Positions 61,704 through 64,000 of a stretch of DNA of 64,000 nt are shown here, piece after piece. How positions within the stretch are numbered: the stretch's first letter is position 1; the number at the start of each line of letters is the position of its first letter. Made by a program: the position numbers and the translations under genes. The notes under the pieces were generated by a model. The model was given only the letters and a program-made list of their open reading frames with translations, had not been told where the DNA came from and searched no databases. Source of the DNA: Auanema rhodensis (Eukaryota; Animalia; Nematoda); NCBI GenBank assembly GCA_964057225.1, contig OZ059897.1, positions 13,392,001 to 13,456,000 on the forward strand, in the 5' to 3' direction.

Positions 61704-61954
61704 CCGGCACTTTACAGGACGGCATTATGTTAACTGTATCGAATAAGTAGTACTTAAGATGGTATCGGTAAGCTTAAGTGTACTACTATACCATGTGAGT
61801 TCAGGCTACTGACAGACAGTATCTAAACTTCCGACTGATGTTCCCAGGACATACTTAACTATGTCGGCATGCTAAGGCTGTCTTTGAGATACATATGGTA
61901 ATGACCATTTAAATGGTCCTTATGCATAACTTCGTCGGTTTCCTTTCCGGTTTT
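61704..61954 (+). ncRNA. Candidate structured non-coding RNA of unknown class
   Basis: Nested complementary segments (detailed in findings), raised GC, G-U pairs mostly favouring the + strand, ends at TTTT. Confidence 0.4.
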
Positions 61955-62054
61955 CTGGTATATATTAGGCGAATATTCAGTATTCTTCACAACACATTTG
62001 TTCCTTCTAATAACTTAGAAACAAATTTGTATTATCTCAAGATACTTATTCATA

Positions 62055-63060
62055 ATGTCTGCTAAAACGATGTTCACTCTTCTCTCATTGATTTCCATTT
62101 ACGGAACTGTTCAGGTATGTTAAATATTTTAATGAAAAGTTCATAAATAATAAGAATATATCTTATCATGATGATTAAATAAACCTTCCGGCTAACTTGC
62201 CACTTATTTCTAATCTTATCTTTTCAGGCTGTCTATCAATTGAACATGTTTTTTCAACCAGCTGTTCTTGCTAACAATCAAGTTATTGAAAGTTGCACTC
62301 AATACATTGACTCTGATCTCAATGATGATTACCTCACTAATTGTCTTTTGATTGACGAATTGCCTCAATGGAAACCAAGTCAACTGTCAAACACTAATAA
62401 GTGGAACGTGGATAAAATTAATATTAATCAAATCACTTATACTCTTCGTTATCGCATTCAGTGCCACTCGTACGTTTCTTATTTATTATTTCGTTTTTCT
62501 TTATCTTAGTTACCTTATTCTTTACTTACTTATTTATTTTTCAGTGATTTCTACGGAGACTCTTGCGAACGCTTCTGCAAAGCATCTAGTGACCCCATCC
62601 TTGGGTTCTACACTTGCTCGTCAGAAGGAGAAAAAATCTGTCAATCAGGTTATCAGGGATCAAGCTGCACTGAGAAAGTACTCCAGACTGCTCCAATTAC
62701 TTCGATCATCAACGAACAAAATACATCTATCAAAATGCCAATCATCATCAATTACTCTCTTGGTAAGTTATTACAATAATTGAGACCTTTTCTTATAAAC
62801 GTGTTTTAGGTATGTCATTCGTACTGTTCATTGTCTTCTTCGCATTTGCCATCCTTACCTGCCTCATACTCACTGCACTCTACCTTGTCCAGCGACAAAA
62901 GAACACCGGTACTCTACCAAAGGCTGCTATCACTACCGTATCTGAAAAGCTCCCATGTCATTACGAGGAGTGTAGCCCACGATACTGCTCCAACCCTACC
63001 AATGTTGAATCTGACTATGCTGAAATCTGCTTCTCTACTGGAGATAAGTTTTTGGTTTAA
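62055..63060 (+). CDS. DSL-domain transmembrane protein (Notch-ligand-like, lag-2/apx-1/arg-1 class), 4 exons
   Basis: Signal peptide; DSL YRIQCHSDFYGDSCERFCKASSDPILGFYTCSSEGEKICQSGYQGSSC (6 Cys, FYG, FC); TM FVLFIVFFAFAILTCLILTALYLV; cytoplasmic tail ending DKFLV*. Exons 62055-62114, 62228-62469, 62545-62762, 62810-63060. Confidence 0.9.
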
Positions 63061-63790
63061 CCAAATTTCGTGTAATATTGTAAATGTTAGGGTTTTTCAC
63101 TTTGATTCTAGTCAGCCTGTATTCTTCTTTAATATTATGTACATGTTTGCTATGTGTTTTATATGATTTTGAACTAAATTATACTATACTCTAATAATAT
63201 AATAAATTTTATGAAAACTATATTAACTGAAGTTTAAATGAAAACGGTTTTTTAGATCACATTTTCCATCTCCCTTACTTTCCTATAAAGTTCTGAAGAG
63301 CGACTAAACAATAAATTGGATAAATGATATATTATTTATGTTGTAAACAATTATCTAGTATTTTCAAGTACTTGTCCTTTATGCTAATTCAAATTTTTTT
63401 GAATTCGAACTATTGAACATTATTTTAGAATAATAGAGAGACTTGATCGGTTGTGCAGCATAAATTAGTAGAAAAAATTATTTAACAATTTATTTTTTTA
63501 GTTTAAAGCTACTTAAGTGGCTCACTGTATATCTGTAACCGTAAAAATTTCGAAAATGTACAATGTAAATTATTAATAAAGTATACGTTTTGTTTCACAT
63601 CACATGTCGATCTCGGAGCAATTGTAAAATTAGGACTAGGTTGGAATATGATTAAGCTATCGTATAGAATATGAAGGAATGAAGAAATAGTGTACAGAGA
63701 ACTAAACTGATAATTGTGCATAACATGGAATGTGCTTCAATATTCTCTCTATTTCCTAAATGAACAAGTTATGTATGTTGATCAGATCAG

Positions 63791-63974
63791 TTACTCTACT
63801 AACCCATGGTGCTGAAGATTACAGACTTGGTCTATCGTCTTAAGAATTCCAGATGAATTATTGTTGCTGTTGTTGCTGGGAATAGTATGCCCAGGTAGAT
63901 TGCTGGATATGTTGTTGGACAGATTGTTCACTGCACACATAACGTCGTCGTTTTGCTCGGCCATCCTGCGGAGT
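63791..63974 (-). CDS. Terminal exon of a gene extending beyond the window (LRRMAEQNDD..N/S-rich..LQHHGLVE*)
   Basis: TTTCAG acceptor, open frame to TAA; product not recognised. Confidence 0.55.
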
Positions 63975-64000
63975 CTGAAACGAATGAAGGATAAGCCGGT

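Noticed and set aside
61871-61879. GCTAAGGCT as 1.5 copies of a TAAGGC-type telomere repeat, i.e. a minus-strand telomerase template
   Set aside because: This species' telomere motif is unknown, G-U pairing favours the + strand, and a 9-mer match is easily chance
61811-61883. HDV-like ribozyme (GCUAA J4/2 followed by a P2-like stem)
   Set aside because: No matching P1 strand, L3 too long, no G-U/G-C at the cleavage site

Overview
AT-rich eukaryotic genomic DNA. It looks like a rhabditid (clade V-like) nematode: introns are mostly 40-60 nt, TTTCAG/TTTAG acceptors sit just before ATGs, and gene orthologues are C. elegans-like. Gene models were reconstructed by eye, so boundaries are approximate. 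In order: (1) a ~39 kb multi-PDZ gene mpz-1 (+; L27-like N-terminus, 10 recognisable PDZ plus one degenerate PDZ, candidate internal first exons, one GC-AG intron); (2) condensin SMC2/mix-1 (-), whose enlarged introns hold a tRNA-like promoter plus box C/D snoRNA candidate, two long hairpins and a whole antisense KCTD12/16-like gene; (3) CDC20/fzy-1 (+), head-to-head with SMC2 across an E2F-CHR element; (4) a MARVEL-like 4-TM gene (+) whose 3' end overlaps an Srg/Srv-type chemoreceptor (-); (5) a decayed, intron-containing Merlin/IS1595-type transposase; (6) a GT43 glucuronyltransferase (+); (7) an uncharacterised gene (-); (8) an unexplained ~250-nt highly self-complementary element; (9) a membrane-anchored DSL (Notch-ligand-like) gene with no EGF repeats (+); (10) the last exon of a gene running off the window. 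The best leads for something undescribed are the non-coding RNA candidates (61.7-61.95 kb and the SMC2 introns) and the EGF-less DSL protein. None could be confirmed without database searches.
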